Source of the DNA: an uncultured Chlamydiae bacterium
Lineage (GTDB): Bacteria; Chlamydiota; Chlamydiia; Chlamydiales; JAJFMA01
NCBI GenBank assembly: GCA_963713615.1
Contig: CAVQMM010000001.1
Coordinates: 1,632,001-1,696,000, forward strand
Direction: 5' to 3'
Length of the DNA stretch: 64,000 nucleotides
Each line of letters starts with the position of its first letter. The first letter of the stretch is position 1. Below are positions 17,633 through 27,437 of this stretch, in pieces. The notes beneath the pieces are model-generated. The model did not search any database. It worked only from the letters and a program-made list of their open reading frames with translations, and was not told where the DNA came from. Made by a program: the position numbers and the translations under genes.

Positions 17633-19507
17633 CTAGGCGTCTGGACCAGTGCGAATCACACCTTCCTCTAGCCAGAGAAATTCGTTATGAATCACTCGCT
17701 CGGCGATCTTATCCATGAGCTTATCATCATTATAGCTAAGGCTAGTGAATAGCTTTCTGACTCTCCTGCTAGCGACCTGACAGAAGAAATCAGCAAGATC
17801 TAAAGGCGCTTTGCTGCCGCCTTGTTTCTGGCTCTGGGATATTGCAAAAGAACAGGTCGCTGCCATAACGAAAAGATCCGTACCTATCTCCATTAGCCTT
17901 CCAAGGAGCATTTGCTTGTGCTCAAGCCCCTGGCGATATCTTGCCATATAATAAAAGATGTTTCGCGCCAGCCGCGGTGCTGTTCGTTCGATGAAGCTGA
18001 AGTGAGTCGCTAAGATCCCCATATCCTTATAGGAAGAGGTTCGCAAGGGACGAAATAGCTGCTTAAGATACCACCAAGCATACTGGCCTGTGACCTTTGG
18101 CACCTCAACCAAGAGCTTGCCAGGAGGGGTTTTTCCCGAAAGCAAAAAACCTAATTTCTTAAGATGAGGATCCATCGCCTCTCTAGCTAAAAAGAGCCTC
18201 ATGATCTCTGAGGAACCCTCTAAAATCGTGTTTATGCGACAGTCGCGAAGGACCCGTTCAATCGGATATGGGGTGTCCCCACGAGCTGCCAAAGACCTAG
18301 CCTTTTCATACCCTCGCCCTCCGCGTAGCTGCAAGGTTAGGTCTGCGATCTTCCATAACGCTTCAGTGCAGAAGAGCTTGGCCATCGCCGCTTCGATACG
18401 GATATCCGCCTTACCCTGATCAGCCCATTGGCTTGTCAGCCAAGTGACTGCTTCCATAGCAAAGGTCGTCGAAGCTATATAGGCAATCTTCTCGCGTCCC
18501 GCTTCATGAAGGCCTATAGGCATACCCCACTGAACGCGTTCAGTGCCCCATTGACGTGCCATGTGTAAACACTGCTTAGCGCCCCCTGTACAAGCTGCTG
18601 GAAGAGTTAACCTACCTACATTGATCGTAGCAAGGGCTATGGCAAGGCCACGTCCCTCGTCGCCTAAACGGTTCTCCACTGGAATCTTGACGTTGTTAAA
18701 CTTAAGTAATCCGTTATAGATACCACCTAGGCCCATAAACTCACAGCGATGCGCGACGGAAACTCCTGGGGTGTCCATCTCCACGATAAAGGCGGTGATC
18801 TGTTGCTTTTCTTTGCCTTTTACTGTCTTGGGAGCTGTCTTTGCTACCACAATAATGACATTGGCAATGGTGCCATTGGTGCACCACAGCTTCTCTCCGT
18901 TCAGAATATAGTGCGTTCCATCCCCAGATAATTTGGCCTCGGAGGACATTCTAGCGGGGTCAGAGCCAACATTAGGCTCGGTTAGCGCAAAGGCAGAAAT
19001 AGCCCCTTTACGAAAGCGAGGCATAAACTTTCTCTTCTGTTCTTCAGTACCGTACAAACGCAGGGGCTGCGGTACTCCAATGGACTGATGTGCAGAAATC
19101 AGTACTGCCGTCGAGCCACAGTAGGAAGCTACCTTCATGATCACACGGTTATAGTTCGTTTGTGAAAATCCTAAACCATCGTATTCCTTAGGTACCTTCA
19201 TGGCAAACATGCCTAGCTTACCCATTTCCGCGATGAACGACTTAGGGATCTCTCGGGTAACATCAACTTCGTCCGCATCAAGTTGAGTGGTAAGCAGCCG
19301 CGAAACATCTTCGATAAAGGTATCACAACTTTTTTTGTCCGCTGCATCCTGTTCGGGAAACGGAAAAAGCATGTCGGAGTTAAAGTTTCCCATGAAGAGT
19401 TGCCCACCAAAGCTGGGAAGACGGTAGTCCTTATCTCGAGCTTCTTCAGCAACTTCCATTGCTTGACCATGACCGGGAGCCTTTTTGTCCACCAAATAAT
19501 CGTCCAT
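17633..19507 (-). CDS. Acyl-CoA dehydrogenase (long VLCAD-like type)
   Basis: AFALTEPNVGSD, LNGEKLWCTNG, GGRGY and RDCRINTILEGSSE motifs. Confidence 0.93.
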   Translation of the reverse strand: MDDYLVDKKAPGHGQAMEVAEEARDKDYRLPSFGGQLFMGNFNSDMLFPFPEQDAADKKSCDTFIEDVSRLLTTQLDADEVDVTREIPKSFIAEMGKLGMFAMKVPKEYDGLGFSQTNYNRVIMKVASYCGSTAVLISAHQSIGVPQPLRLYGTEEQKRKFMPRFRKGAISAFALTEPNVGSDPARMSSEAKLSGDGTHYILNGEKLWCTNGTIANVIIVVAKTAPKTVKGKEKQQITAFIVEMDTPGVSVAHRCEFMGLGGIYNGLLKFNNVKIPVENRLGDEGRGLAIALATINVGRLTLPAACTGGAKQCLHMARQWGTERVQWGMPIGLHEAGREKIAYIASTTFAMEAVTWLTSQWADQGKADIRIEAAMAKLFCTEALWKIADLTLQLRGGRGYEKARSLAARGDTPYPIERVLRDCRINTILEGSSEIMRLFLAREAMDPHLKKLGFLLSGKTPPGKLLVEVPKVTGQYAWWYLKQLFRPLRTSSYKDMGILATHFSFIERTAPRLARNIFYYMARYRQGLEHKQMLLGRLMEIGTDLFVMAATCSFAISQSQKQGGSKAPLDLADFFCQVASRRVRKLFTSLSYNDDKLMDKIAERVIHNEFLWLEEGVIRTGPDA

Positions 19508-19647
19508 AAGTTAACCCCCTAAGGTAACAAGTCTGTAAGGTCATTCAAAATAAGGCTTACTTTATTTGCAAAGCAAATAACGCGTAGTCTTGCTAAAATT
19601 GGGTTATATCACGCGTGGTATAGGATGAGTTTCACCGTGGAGGAGAT

Positions 19648-20373
19648 ATGTCGCAAATAGCGCTTGTTACGGGAGCCTATCGAGGCCTCGGTTTAGAAAC
19701 CTGTAAACAACTGGCGAGGCGTGGCCTAACGGTACTCTTGTCGGCCAGAAAACCCGATGTCGGCGAACCTCTAGCAGCAAAGCTTCGCGCCGAGGGGCTA
19801 GATGTCCACTTCCTGCCGTTGGATGTGAGCAACCCCAGTTCCCTAATGTCTGCCTACCATACCGTTCATGAACGCTGGAAACGCCTGGATGTCTTGGTTA
19901 ACAATGCTGCTATCCTGGAACCGATTAACTTTTTACCAATAGATGCTAATCGTACGGAAGCTCAGGTCGTTCAACAAAAACAAAGTTTTAGCCGCACCTT
20001 TGAAACCAATGTCATCGGTGTCTTTCAACTTTGCGACCTCTTTCTACCTCTCATGCTAGCACGTGGTTATGGGCGCATCGTGAATGTTAGCAGCTTGATG
20101 GGACAATTGACCTCGATGGGTACTGATCACCCCGCTTATCGCCTCTCAAAAGTCGCCCTTAATGCTGCAACGGTGATGTTTGCTTTAAAAGCCCAGGGGG
20201 CTGATGTTTTAGTGAATGCGGTCTCCCCTGGATGGGTACGCACAGAAATGGGAGGACCCCTCGCACCTCGCTCACAGGAAGAAGGTGCCAATGGAATCGT
20301 GTGGGCGGCCACTCTCCCTAAAAATGGTCCTAATGGTCAGTTCTTTCAAGACCAAAGCGAGCAAGAGTGGTAG
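19648..20373 (+). CDS. SDR family oxidoreductase
   Basis: TGAYRGLG, NNAA, YRLSK and PGWVRTEMGG motifs. Confidence 0.93.
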   Translation: MSQIALVTGAYRGLGLETCKQLARRGLTVLLSARKPDVGEPLAAKLRAEGLDVHFLPLDVSNPSSLMSAYHTVHERWKRLDVLVNNAAILEPINFLPIDANRTEAQVVQQKQSFSRTFETNVIGVFQLCDLFLPLMLARGYGRIVNVSSLMGQLTSMGTDHPAYRLSKVALNAATVMFALKAQGADVLVNAVSPGWVRTEMGGPLAPRSQEEGANGIVWAATLPKNGPNGQFFQDQSEQEW

Positions 20374-20797
20374 GATCCGCGTGGTATAACATTCCACGCG
20401 CGATTTGCGCAAAATCTTCTTGGCTAATATTGAAACAACCTCGACGAAACGGAAATCCCCAGCGTTGTTTGTCTTTGATAAAAGATAGGCTCTCTATAAG
20501 CGGTTCGATTGAAACCTCTTCGGCCGGCAAAAAGCTAATATCCCGTCGCCAAGGGACAAAGTCTTCGTGCATTCGAAAGGAGTAGGCATTACTACCTGTC
20601 ACCGTTCCAATAGCAGTAAAGCGACGACAAGGTATCTTCCCTCCAAACTGCTCTGTTGGAGAGTAATAAACAATCCAATCGTCCACAGACATCCGGTCCA
20701 AAGGCCCTTTTTTGCCATGACATACCTGACAAAAGCCCCCAGCAACTCCACCAAGAACATGTTCGCGACTAGCGACACCAATCCAACATTTGCTCAT
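20330..20797 (-). CDS. EVE-domain protein
   Basis: WIGVASREHV..G..GGFCQVCHGK..PL, DWIVYYSP and WGFPFRRG motifs. Confidence 0.9.
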   Translation of the reverse strand: MSKCWIGVASREHVLGGVAGGFCQVCHGKKGPLDRMSVDDWIVYYSPTEQFGGKIPCRRFTAIGTVTGSNAYSFRMHEDFVPWRRDISFLPAEEVSIEPLIESLSFIKDKQRWGFPFRRGCFNISQEDFAQIARGMLYHADPTTLARFGLERTDH

Positions 20798-20836
20798 CTA
20801 TCCATTCTCCATAATATGCACGAGTGATTTATGAAT

Positions 20837-20866
20837 TTATACGTATAATCATATTACGTATACGTA
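20837..20866. promoter_or_regulatory. Tandem palindromic operator-like sites upstream of the EVE gene
   Basis: ttatacgtataa (20837-20848) and tacgtatacgta (20855-20866). Confidence 0.5.
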
Positions 20867-20899
20867 TTATCGGCAAGCGCAAAAATTGTGAAAGTTTTT

Positions 20900-20940
20900 T
20901 TTTACCACAGAGATCCCTCTGTGATCTCTGTGGTTAAAAT
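20900..20940. repeat. Hairpin of the ACCACAGAG repeat family
   Basis: accacagagatc-cctctgt-gatctctgtggt. Confidence 0.55.
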
Positions 20941-20942
20941 TC

Positions 20943-21971
20943 CTACTCCTCTCCCAGGGTCACAACAACCTTACCGATGTGTTTTTGCGCTTCCAGATGG
21001 CGATAAGCCTCGGAGGCTTGTAGAAAAGGAAAGACCTTATCCACGGCAGGTCGCAGCTTCGTTGTCGCTACAGCACGCATCAAGGCCCTTAGTTCTTCCG
21101 TCGATTCCATGAAGGTCCCTCGAACCTGCACTTGGTGAACCAGCAGATCACGTACACTTAAAGAACATTCTTTCCCGGCGAGCACTCCTATAGCGGCTAC
21201 ACGAGCTCCATAGGTACATATTTGCACCGATTTGGCCAAAGTCTCGCCCCCAACAACGTCCACAACTACATCTACCCCACGCCCTTGAGTAATGTCCTTG
21301 ACCTGTTTATGCCAGTCAGGGTTGCGATAATTGACTGTAGCGGTAACTCCGAAGTTCTTTTTTACGAAGTTTGCCTTATCATCACTTGAAGTGGTCATAA
21401 TCGTATTGGCACCCAGCGAACGCGCTAGTTGTGCAGCAAAGATCGATACCCCTCCAGTGCCTTGTAGAAGTACCCATTCCCCCGGACGGGTCTTACCATG
21501 GGTCACCACAGCCGCCCAAGCGGTCAGACCAGCTATCGTAAAAGTGGAAGCTTCGGCAAAACTAAGGTGTTCAGGAACGTTAACCAAAGCATCTGCTGGA
21601 TAGACAATCTGCTCCGATAAAACTCCATCGAGACCTGAGCCACCAACAAACGTACGCGCCCAGCTGGAGCGCAGGGTTCCTGCAGGCCAATGACGAAAGG
21701 GAGCATTCAAGACACGATCACCTGGTTTAAGATCGGTCACCCCTGACCCAACACTCAATACGACACCTGCCATATCCGATAGAGGAACAAAAGGAGGGTA
21801 ACCTCCAGATTTGTATTGATATTGCCCCTTGGCGACCATGAGATCGCGATAATTCAAGGAGCAGGCTTTTACTTGAACCAGAACATCTTGTTCGTTGAGG
21901 GGCCCTGGAAAAGGCTTCTCTACAATTTTGAGAGCATCGATACCTTGACCATCAACCAAATAACATTTCAT
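20943..21971 (-). CDS. MDR-family NAD(P)-dependent alcohol dehydrogenase/quinone reductase
   Basis: SLNYRD, QGTGGVS and HIGKVV motifs. Confidence 0.92.
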   Translation of the reverse strand: MKCYLVDGQGIDALKIVEKPFPGPLNEQDVLVQVKACSLNYRDLMVAKGQYQYKSGGYPPFVPLSDMAGVVLSVGSGVTDLKPGDRVLNAPFRHWPAGTLRSSWARTFVGGSGLDGVLSEQIVYPADALVNVPEHLSFAEASTFTIAGLTAWAAVVTHGKTRPGEWVLLQGTGGVSIFAAQLARSLGANTIMTTSSDDKANFVKKNFGVTATVNYRNPDWHKQVKDITQGRGVDVVVDVVGGETLAKSVQICTYGARVAAIGVLAGKECSLSVRDLLVHQVQVRGTFMESTEELRALMRAVATTKLRPAVDKVFPFLQASEAYRHLEAQKHIGKVVVTLGEE

Positions 21972-22113
21972 AGAATAACCTCCACAAAACAGTTTAACGA
22001 GATTTTGAGGCAAGGTTTAGAAAACGTCAAATGCAATGTTGACAAATAGACCATAATTAATGAATAGATATAGCTATGTCGGTCATAACCACAGAAAATA
22101 CTTAGGAGGAATT

Positions 22114-22254
22114 ATGATTCACCCATTAGCTAGCCCCATTATTTCCCTGTTAGCTGGTATCCTAATTTTGATCTTTCCCTCTATTCTAAACTATATCATC
22201 GCTATTTATCTTATCGCCGTAGGCATCTTGGGAATCGCCCATGTAGCTTCTTAG
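22114..22254 (+). CDS. DUF3096-like small membrane protein
   Basis: AGGAGG RBS; PIISLLAGILILIFPSILNYIIAIYLI pattern. Confidence 0.8.
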   Translation: MIHPLASPIISLLAGILILIFPSILNYIIAIYLIAVGILGIAHVAS

Positions 22255-22325
22255 ACTTCTGTCTGGACAGACTTTCCTAGTCAGTATAATTTAGACAACA
22301 TGAATATTCGTTCCATGGAATACAT

Positions 22326-22688
22326 ATGAGTCTAGAGATCAGGAAAGCGCTGCAAGATGAAATCGAATGGATAAATACCAAATATGATGAAATTGGGTTT
22401 ATCCATTCCCAGTTCGATAATGAGGTCATTGCCGTTGCCGTGCTCCACAACGACGATGAAGCTATCCGTGTAGGTATTGGCCGGTTAGTTACTATTGATG
22501 ATAAAACTCTAGAGCTAGGCGGCATTTACGTCTTCGATAGGTACCAGGGGCAGGGAATTGCCGGAAAGCTTGTCAAATTTTTGCTTACCCACCCAGAGAC
22601 AAATCAACTCACCCCATTCTTAAGCAGTGGCTGTTGGAGAATAGACTCGTCTCCATATGTCCCGAAGTGCAGGGGGGGAGCCACATAG
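22326..22688 (+). pseudogene. GNAT acetyltransferase, apparently 3'-truncated
   Basis: VGIGRL, ELGGIYV..YQGQGIA motif A; the frame then runs out of frame into DUF523 sequence and the MITE. Confidence 0.65.
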
Positions 22689-23353
22689 GCCTCAACCTAA
22701 GCCTAACAATCGTATCTCGGCGCGCAGCGCTTTGGAGTGCGGTCGCTTGCGACCGCTTTGGGTTCCTCGCGACGGTCGTGTGCAACGGCATCACTATAAT
22801 TCCCTAAGGGTAAAATAGTTAGTACATGCAGCCTTCGACGAATCCATACAATGCCGTTTAGCATTGCCGTCGCAACGAAAAGTGGTCGCAAGCGACCGCT
22901 CTCCAAAGCGCTGCGCGCCGAGATACGATTGTGAGGTCCTAAGACATTGAAATATAAGCTCAAAAGACCTGTTAGGTTGAGGCCTATGGGGGGGCCATGG
23001 TGCCACGAGCTCCTGCAGAAATCATCGGCATTGGAGGTGGGAAGGCTGTCTTGGAAAATCAAGCCTGTGTCAAAAACAATGTGGGCGATGATGAAACTTC
23101 GCTTTTCATTCAAGGCGCTCACATGGCCCTGGCAATGGCAAAAAAGCATGAAATACAGATGGCTGTCCTTAAAGAACGCAGCCCTTCATGCGGCAGCACT
23201 ACTATTTATGACGGAACCTTTACAGGAAAGACGCTAATAGACGTGGGAGTGACTGCTGCACTCCTCATACAAAACGGCGTCATCGTTTTTAATGAACATC
23301 AACTCAATGAAGCCCTCGCCTATCTCTGTAGAATAGAGGCCCACAAGGGCTAG
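22600..23353 (+). pseudogene. DUF523 (2-thiouracil desulfurase-like) gene split by a MITE and lacking its N-terminus
   Basis: HPILKQWLLENRLVSICPEVQGG before the MITE; MVPRAPAEI...LKERSPSCG...GVTAALL after it. Confidence 0.8.
22684..22988. mobile_element. 305-bp CAT-ended MITE containing a REP-like doublet, empty copy
   Basis: TIR cataggcctcaacctaa; imperfect G-rich duplication (ggggggagcca / ggggggcca); interrupted reverse copy at 45852-50766. Confidence 0.88.
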
Positions 23354-23829
23354 TGCTTGCCGGCAAATAACTCTTGAGCTCGAGTCTTGACTTCGCTGTC
23401 GCTTAAAATTTCTGTCTGCGTAGCAAGCGACCAAATATGGCCAAATGGATCTACAAGCTGACCATAGCGGGCACCCCAAAAAGTGTCGCTAACAGGCATT
23501 TTCTCCGTAGCGCCAGCCTGCAAAGCCTGCTTAAATAACTTATCGACATCTTCAACGTAAAGATGAATCGCTACAGTTGTCCCCTTGAGGGTAGACGGAG
23601 CAGCCATGCCACATGCCGACCCTGGAAACTCATCAGATACCATAATCATCGAATCGCCAATTTTAAGCTGTGCGTACACCACCTTACCGTCAGGCAGGTC
23701 GTGCAAAGTCAGCAAATGGGCATTGAAAGCCTTCTTATAAAACTCCAGTGCTTGAGCAGCTCCGTTAACGGTCAAATAAGGTGTCACTGTGTGGCAGCCT
23801 TCTGGAATGGGATTCACTTTCTTGGACAT
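23350..23829 (-). CDS. VOC/PhnB glyoxalase family protein
   Basis: TVTPYLTV..A..ALEFYKKAF and FWGARYGQLVDPFGHIW motifs. Confidence 0.92.
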   Translation of the reverse strand: MSKKVNPIPEGCHTVTPYLTVNGAAQALEFYKKAFNAHLLTLHDLPDGKVVYAQLKIGDSMIMVSDEFPGSACGMAAPSTLKGTTVAIHLYVEDVDKLFKQALQAGATEKMPVSDTFWGARYGQLVDPFGHIWSLATQTEILSDSEVKTRAQELFAGKH

Positions 23830-23898
23830 TCTAACTCCTCGAATGCGTTTTAAAGACCGTCAAATGTACCACGAAATCTACCTGATTGTCTCCAATTT

Positions 23899-24738
23899 CT
23901 AGTCTGTGCCTGTACACACCTGACATTTAGGACAGAGGTGCGTGCCACGCTGTGCTACGGTGATCTTGATGATCGTCGTCCCACAACGAGGACAGGGCTC
24001 TCCATCGCGACGAAAGACGTTTAGGCTATCTTGATTACCCCCTCGCCGTCCGCTCACACTAAAATAATTAGCCCTTTTAGCCCCCAGGCTGGTGCCAGTA
24101 TTCTCCACACCCTTACGAAGAACCTTTATAATAGCTCGATGTAACGATTCGATCTCCTTTGCCACAAGCTCGCTAGAGCGTCGATTGGGATGAATCTTTG
24201 CCTCCCACAAGGCCTCGTCAACATAAATATTACCTAACCCACTAACATAGCTTTGGTTAAGCAAAAAAGGTTTTATTTTAACTTGATGACTTCTTAGTAA
24301 ATCCTCAAAAGCTCGCAAGGTAAATTCATCGGAGAGTGGCTCTAAACCAAGATGAGACAAATAGGCCTCATCAGGCCGATAAAGATACCACTTACCAAAC
24401 TTTCGTTGGTCTTCATAACGTAAGATACGCCCATCACTAAGATGAAGACGCACGCGCTCATGCGGGTGAACGTCCTCCTCCTCTGACGAGATGAGAAACT
24501 TGCCAGTCATGCGCAAATGCACCAGAAGAACATGATGTGTGAGAGAAAAAACGATGAACTTGCCTCTGCGTCCGATTTGTTCAATCGTTTCAGAAGCAAT
24601 TTGTAAACAGAAGGTTGTAGGGTCAGAAGTCGCAATACTCCTCGGCCAAAAGACCCATGCTTTATCTATCTTTACCTTCTCCAGGGCTGCTTCGCGCATT
24701 TCGCGGACAATTGTCTCGACCTCAGGTAGTTCGGGCAT
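23899..24738 (-). CDS. mutM: Formamidopyrimidine-DNA glycosylase
   Basis: PELPEVE, RRGKF, HLRMTG, GLGNIY motifs and C4 zinc finger. Confidence 0.97.
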   Translation of the reverse strand: MPELPEVETIVREMREAALEKVKIDKAWVFWPRSIATSDPTTFCLQIASETIEQIGRRGKFIVFSLTHHVLLVHLRMTGKFLISSEEEDVHPHERVRLHLSDGRILRYEDQRKFGKWYLYRPDEAYLSHLGLEPLSDEFTLRAFEDLLRSHQVKIKPFLLNQSYVSGLGNIYVDEALWEAKIHPNRRSSELVAKEIESLHRAIIKVLRKGVENTGTSLGAKRANYFSVSGRRGGNQDSLNVFRRDGEPCPRCGTTIIKITVAQRGTHLCPKCQVCTGTD

Positions 24739-24833
24739 AAGTACTCAATTACTTCCCAGTGGGGTGCATTTGCTTAATAATGTGAGCATAATATACACCA
24801 AAAATTAAATACCCGCATGCAAGGAGTGTTCCC

Positions 24834-25889
24834 ATGAGTCGTATAATGCTGTGTTTTATCGGCCTCTTAGCCTTCTTGTCTAATGGTTCACTAGTGGCTG
24901 CCCCTCAAGATGAGCAATTGAAAAGCGATTCCAATACTACTCTGATAGCACATGGAGGTGGAGGTGGTCATGGTGGCTGGGGCGGAGGCGGTCATGGTGG
25001 CTGGGGCGGTGGCTGGGGCGGTGGCTGGGGCGGGCACGGTTATGGGGGTTATGGAGGTTATGATGGGGATTATTACCCCTATTATCAGGAGGACTACCAA
25101 CCGGAATATCAAGAATCCCCCATAATCATTACGAGAAATCCCACTGTTACCCTAACCATCGACACTCCCACTGTTCAGGTCGGAGATAGAGTCTATGCAC
25201 ATGTCAATGGTTCTGGACAGGGACCCCTCACCGTTTTGTGGCATACCGGTAGTCACGCCAAGTGGCGTGAGGGAGGCAAAGCAATCTCCTTCACTGCCAG
25301 ACAACCGGGTACGATTGTTATCTCTGCAGTGATCGAGGACGATAATGGTCTATACTCGCAACCGCAAAGTAGCACTGTTACGGTCTTGAATGCTCCAAAC
25401 TTCTCTCAATCGCTTAACCCACCAGTGCAAGGTCAAGGGAATTCCCAACAGCAGCTTCCCTTTGGCAAGGGACGTAGAAATCGCGTCAGTGGTGGTTACT
25501 ATGGTGGCTACTATTTAAATCCTGCTGACGGATACTATGAGGAAGCTCCCGGAGTGATCCCTGGATACATGGCCATTCAAGCAAGACCCAATAAGCTTGC
25601 TGGATGCTATGATACAACCTTCGGCACACTGCGGTTAGCAGTCAATGGGACTACAGTGACCGGCTCCTATGACTACATCCCTGGAAGTACGCTTACTGGC
25701 CAGCTTAAGGATAATATTTTGGTTGGAACTTGGGAATCACCCGCTTCAGGCACAAGTCCGGAATCCCATGGACCCTTTCAGTTTGCTTTTACAGAGAATT
25801 GGATCTCATTTACTGGTGTCTGGGGCGATCAAGGACAGGAACCGTTATCTCAAATTTGGAATGGTAACCGAATACACTGTCCTAAATAG
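24834..25889 (+). CDS. Secreted protein: Gly/Trp-rich linker, Ig/PKD-like domain, C-terminal beta-rich domain
   Basis: Signal peptide; GGWG repeats; ~85-aa domain shared with 39496-40110. Confidence 0.75.
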   Translation: MSRIMLCFIGLLAFLSNGSLVAAPQDEQLKSDSNTTLIAHGGGGGHGGWGGGGHGGWGGGWGGGWGGHGYGGYGGYDGDYYPYYQEDYQPEYQESPIIITRNPTVTLTIDTPTVQVGDRVYAHVNGSGQGPLTVLWHTGSHAKWREGGKAISFTARQPGTIVISAVIEDDNGLYSQPQSSTVTVLNAPNFSQSLNPPVQGQGNSQQQLPFGKGRRNRVSGGYYGGYYLNPADGYYEEAPGVIPGYMAIQARPNKLAGCYDTTFGTLRLAVNGTTVTGSYDYIPGSTLTGQLKDNILVGTWESPASGTSPESHGPFQFAFTENWISFTGVWGDQGQEPLSQIWNGNRIHCPK

Positions 25890-25901
25890 CTGGTACAGAG
25901 G

Positions 25902-27368
25902 GTGACTATGGGGACTTTGACCTACGATTTAGCTTTGCTGGCCAAGCAGGTGATGAAGGAAAGAGGCCTCGAACCCAAGTTCTCTGAAGGGGTTCTACAA
26001 CAGCTTAGTACTATCAACGCACCCGCTAAAGAACCTCCTAACTGTCAAGACCTGAGGCAACTCCTGTGGTGCTCTATTGATAACGATGATTCGCGCGACC
26101 TGGACCAATTGACCTTTGCGCAAAAGGATGCAAATGGAAAAACGACGATCTGGATCGCCGTAGCGGCAGTATCAGCATTAGTCCAAAGGAATACTCCGGT
26201 CGACAATCATGCGCAAATCAATACGACATCAGTCTATACTCCGGCAGAGATCTTCCCCATGCTGCCCGAAAGGCTTTCTACTGATCTCACCTCTCTAAAC
26301 GAGGGACAAGATCGATTGGCTCTCGTTACGAAAGCTACTATTAGCGCTGATGGCACCATTGCAGAGGGCAATCTCTTTCAAGCCATGGTGCATAACTATG
26401 CCAAGCTAACCTATAATGAGGTTGGGAGTTGGTTAGAGGGTACTAAAGCCATCCCTGAAAAGGTTCGAGCTGTATCCGGATTGGAGCAGGCCCTAAGATG
26501 CCAGAGTGACGTGGCACAGCTTTTGAAGACAAAGCGACATTCTATGGGAGCGCTAACCCTGACCTCCTCCGATGTGGAAGGTAAGGTCTCCTCTAACCAA
26601 GAAATCACACTTACCTTACCACGTCCAAATTATGCCAGTGAGCTCATTGAACACTTTATGATCGCTGCAAATTCAGTGATGGCAAGCCAACTCAAGAAAC
26701 TTAAATTGCCGAGTCTACGCCGTGTTGTTAAGGTCCCTAAACGATGGGACCGCATCATAGATGTGGCTGCAAACCTAGGAACAACGTTACCGCAAACGCC
26801 CGATGCAAAGGCTCTGGATCAGTTCCTAACTGCGCGAAAAAATGCCGATCCCGATTCATTTCCGGATCTATCCCTCACAATCATTAAGCTGCTTGGTAGA
26901 GGTGAATATATCGTAGAAACTTCTGAAGATAAGCCAACAGGGCATTTTGGTCTGGCGTTGTCGGAGTATACGCATTCTACGGCACCCAATCGACGTTTCC
27001 CAGACCTGATCACTCAACGGCAATATCGAGCATATCTGTCGCAAGAAAAGAGCCCATACAGCCTTAAAGAGCTTAGTGCCTTAGCAACGCATTGTACCGA
27101 TCAAGAAGATGCTGCCAACAAGGTAGAAAGACATCTCACTAAATCGGCGGCGGCGATGTATCTGACTCCCCAGATTGGTACTGCCTTTAAAGGCATCGTC
27201 ACTGGAGCTTCTGACAAAGGCACCTGGGTACGCATTTTTGATCCTCCAGTCGAAGGCAAGGTCGTCAAAGACTTTCAAGGATTAGATGTGGGCGATCGCG
27301 TCACCGTTAAGCTTATTCATGTCGACATCCGGCAGGGCTTTATTGATTTTGTTACTGTAAGAAAATAA
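25902..27368 (+). CDS. RNB-domain exoribonuclease (short RNase II-like)
   Basis: SIDNDDSRDLDQ, LIEHFMIAAN, HFGL...YTHSTAPNRRFPDL motifs; C-terminal S1-like region. Confidence 0.92.
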   Translation: MTMGTLTYDLALLAKQVMKERGLEPKFSEGVLQQLSTINAPAKEPPNCQDLRQLLWCSIDNDDSRDLDQLTFAQKDANGKTTIWIAVAAVSALVQRNTPVDNHAQINTTSVYTPAEIFPMLPERLSTDLTSLNEGQDRLALVTKATISADGTIAEGNLFQAMVHNYAKLTYNEVGSWLEGTKAIPEKVRAVSGLEQALRCQSDVAQLLKTKRHSMGALTLTSSDVEGKVSSNQEITLTLPRPNYASELIEHFMIAANSVMASQLKKLKLPSLRRVVKVPKRWDRIIDVAANLGTTLPQTPDAKALDQFLTARKNADPDSFPDLSLTIIKLLGRGEYIVETSEDKPTGHFGLALSEYTHSTAPNRRFPDLITQRQYRAYLSQEKSPYSLKELSALATHCTDQEDAANKVERHLTKSAAAMYLTPQIGTAFKGIVTGASDKGTWVRIFDPPVEGKVVKDFQGLDVGDRVTVKLIHVDIRQGFIDFVTVRK

Positions 27369-27437
27369 ACTTGATACCTGCAAATAAGGCTTTGAGCTAG
27401 AATAAAGAAAATGCACACCATAGAGTAAGGAGGATGT

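Noticed and set aside
20900..20940. Intrinsic terminator for the MDR dehydrogenase
   Set aside because: On the minus strand the hairpin is followed by an A run rather than a U tract, so it was kept as a repeat only.
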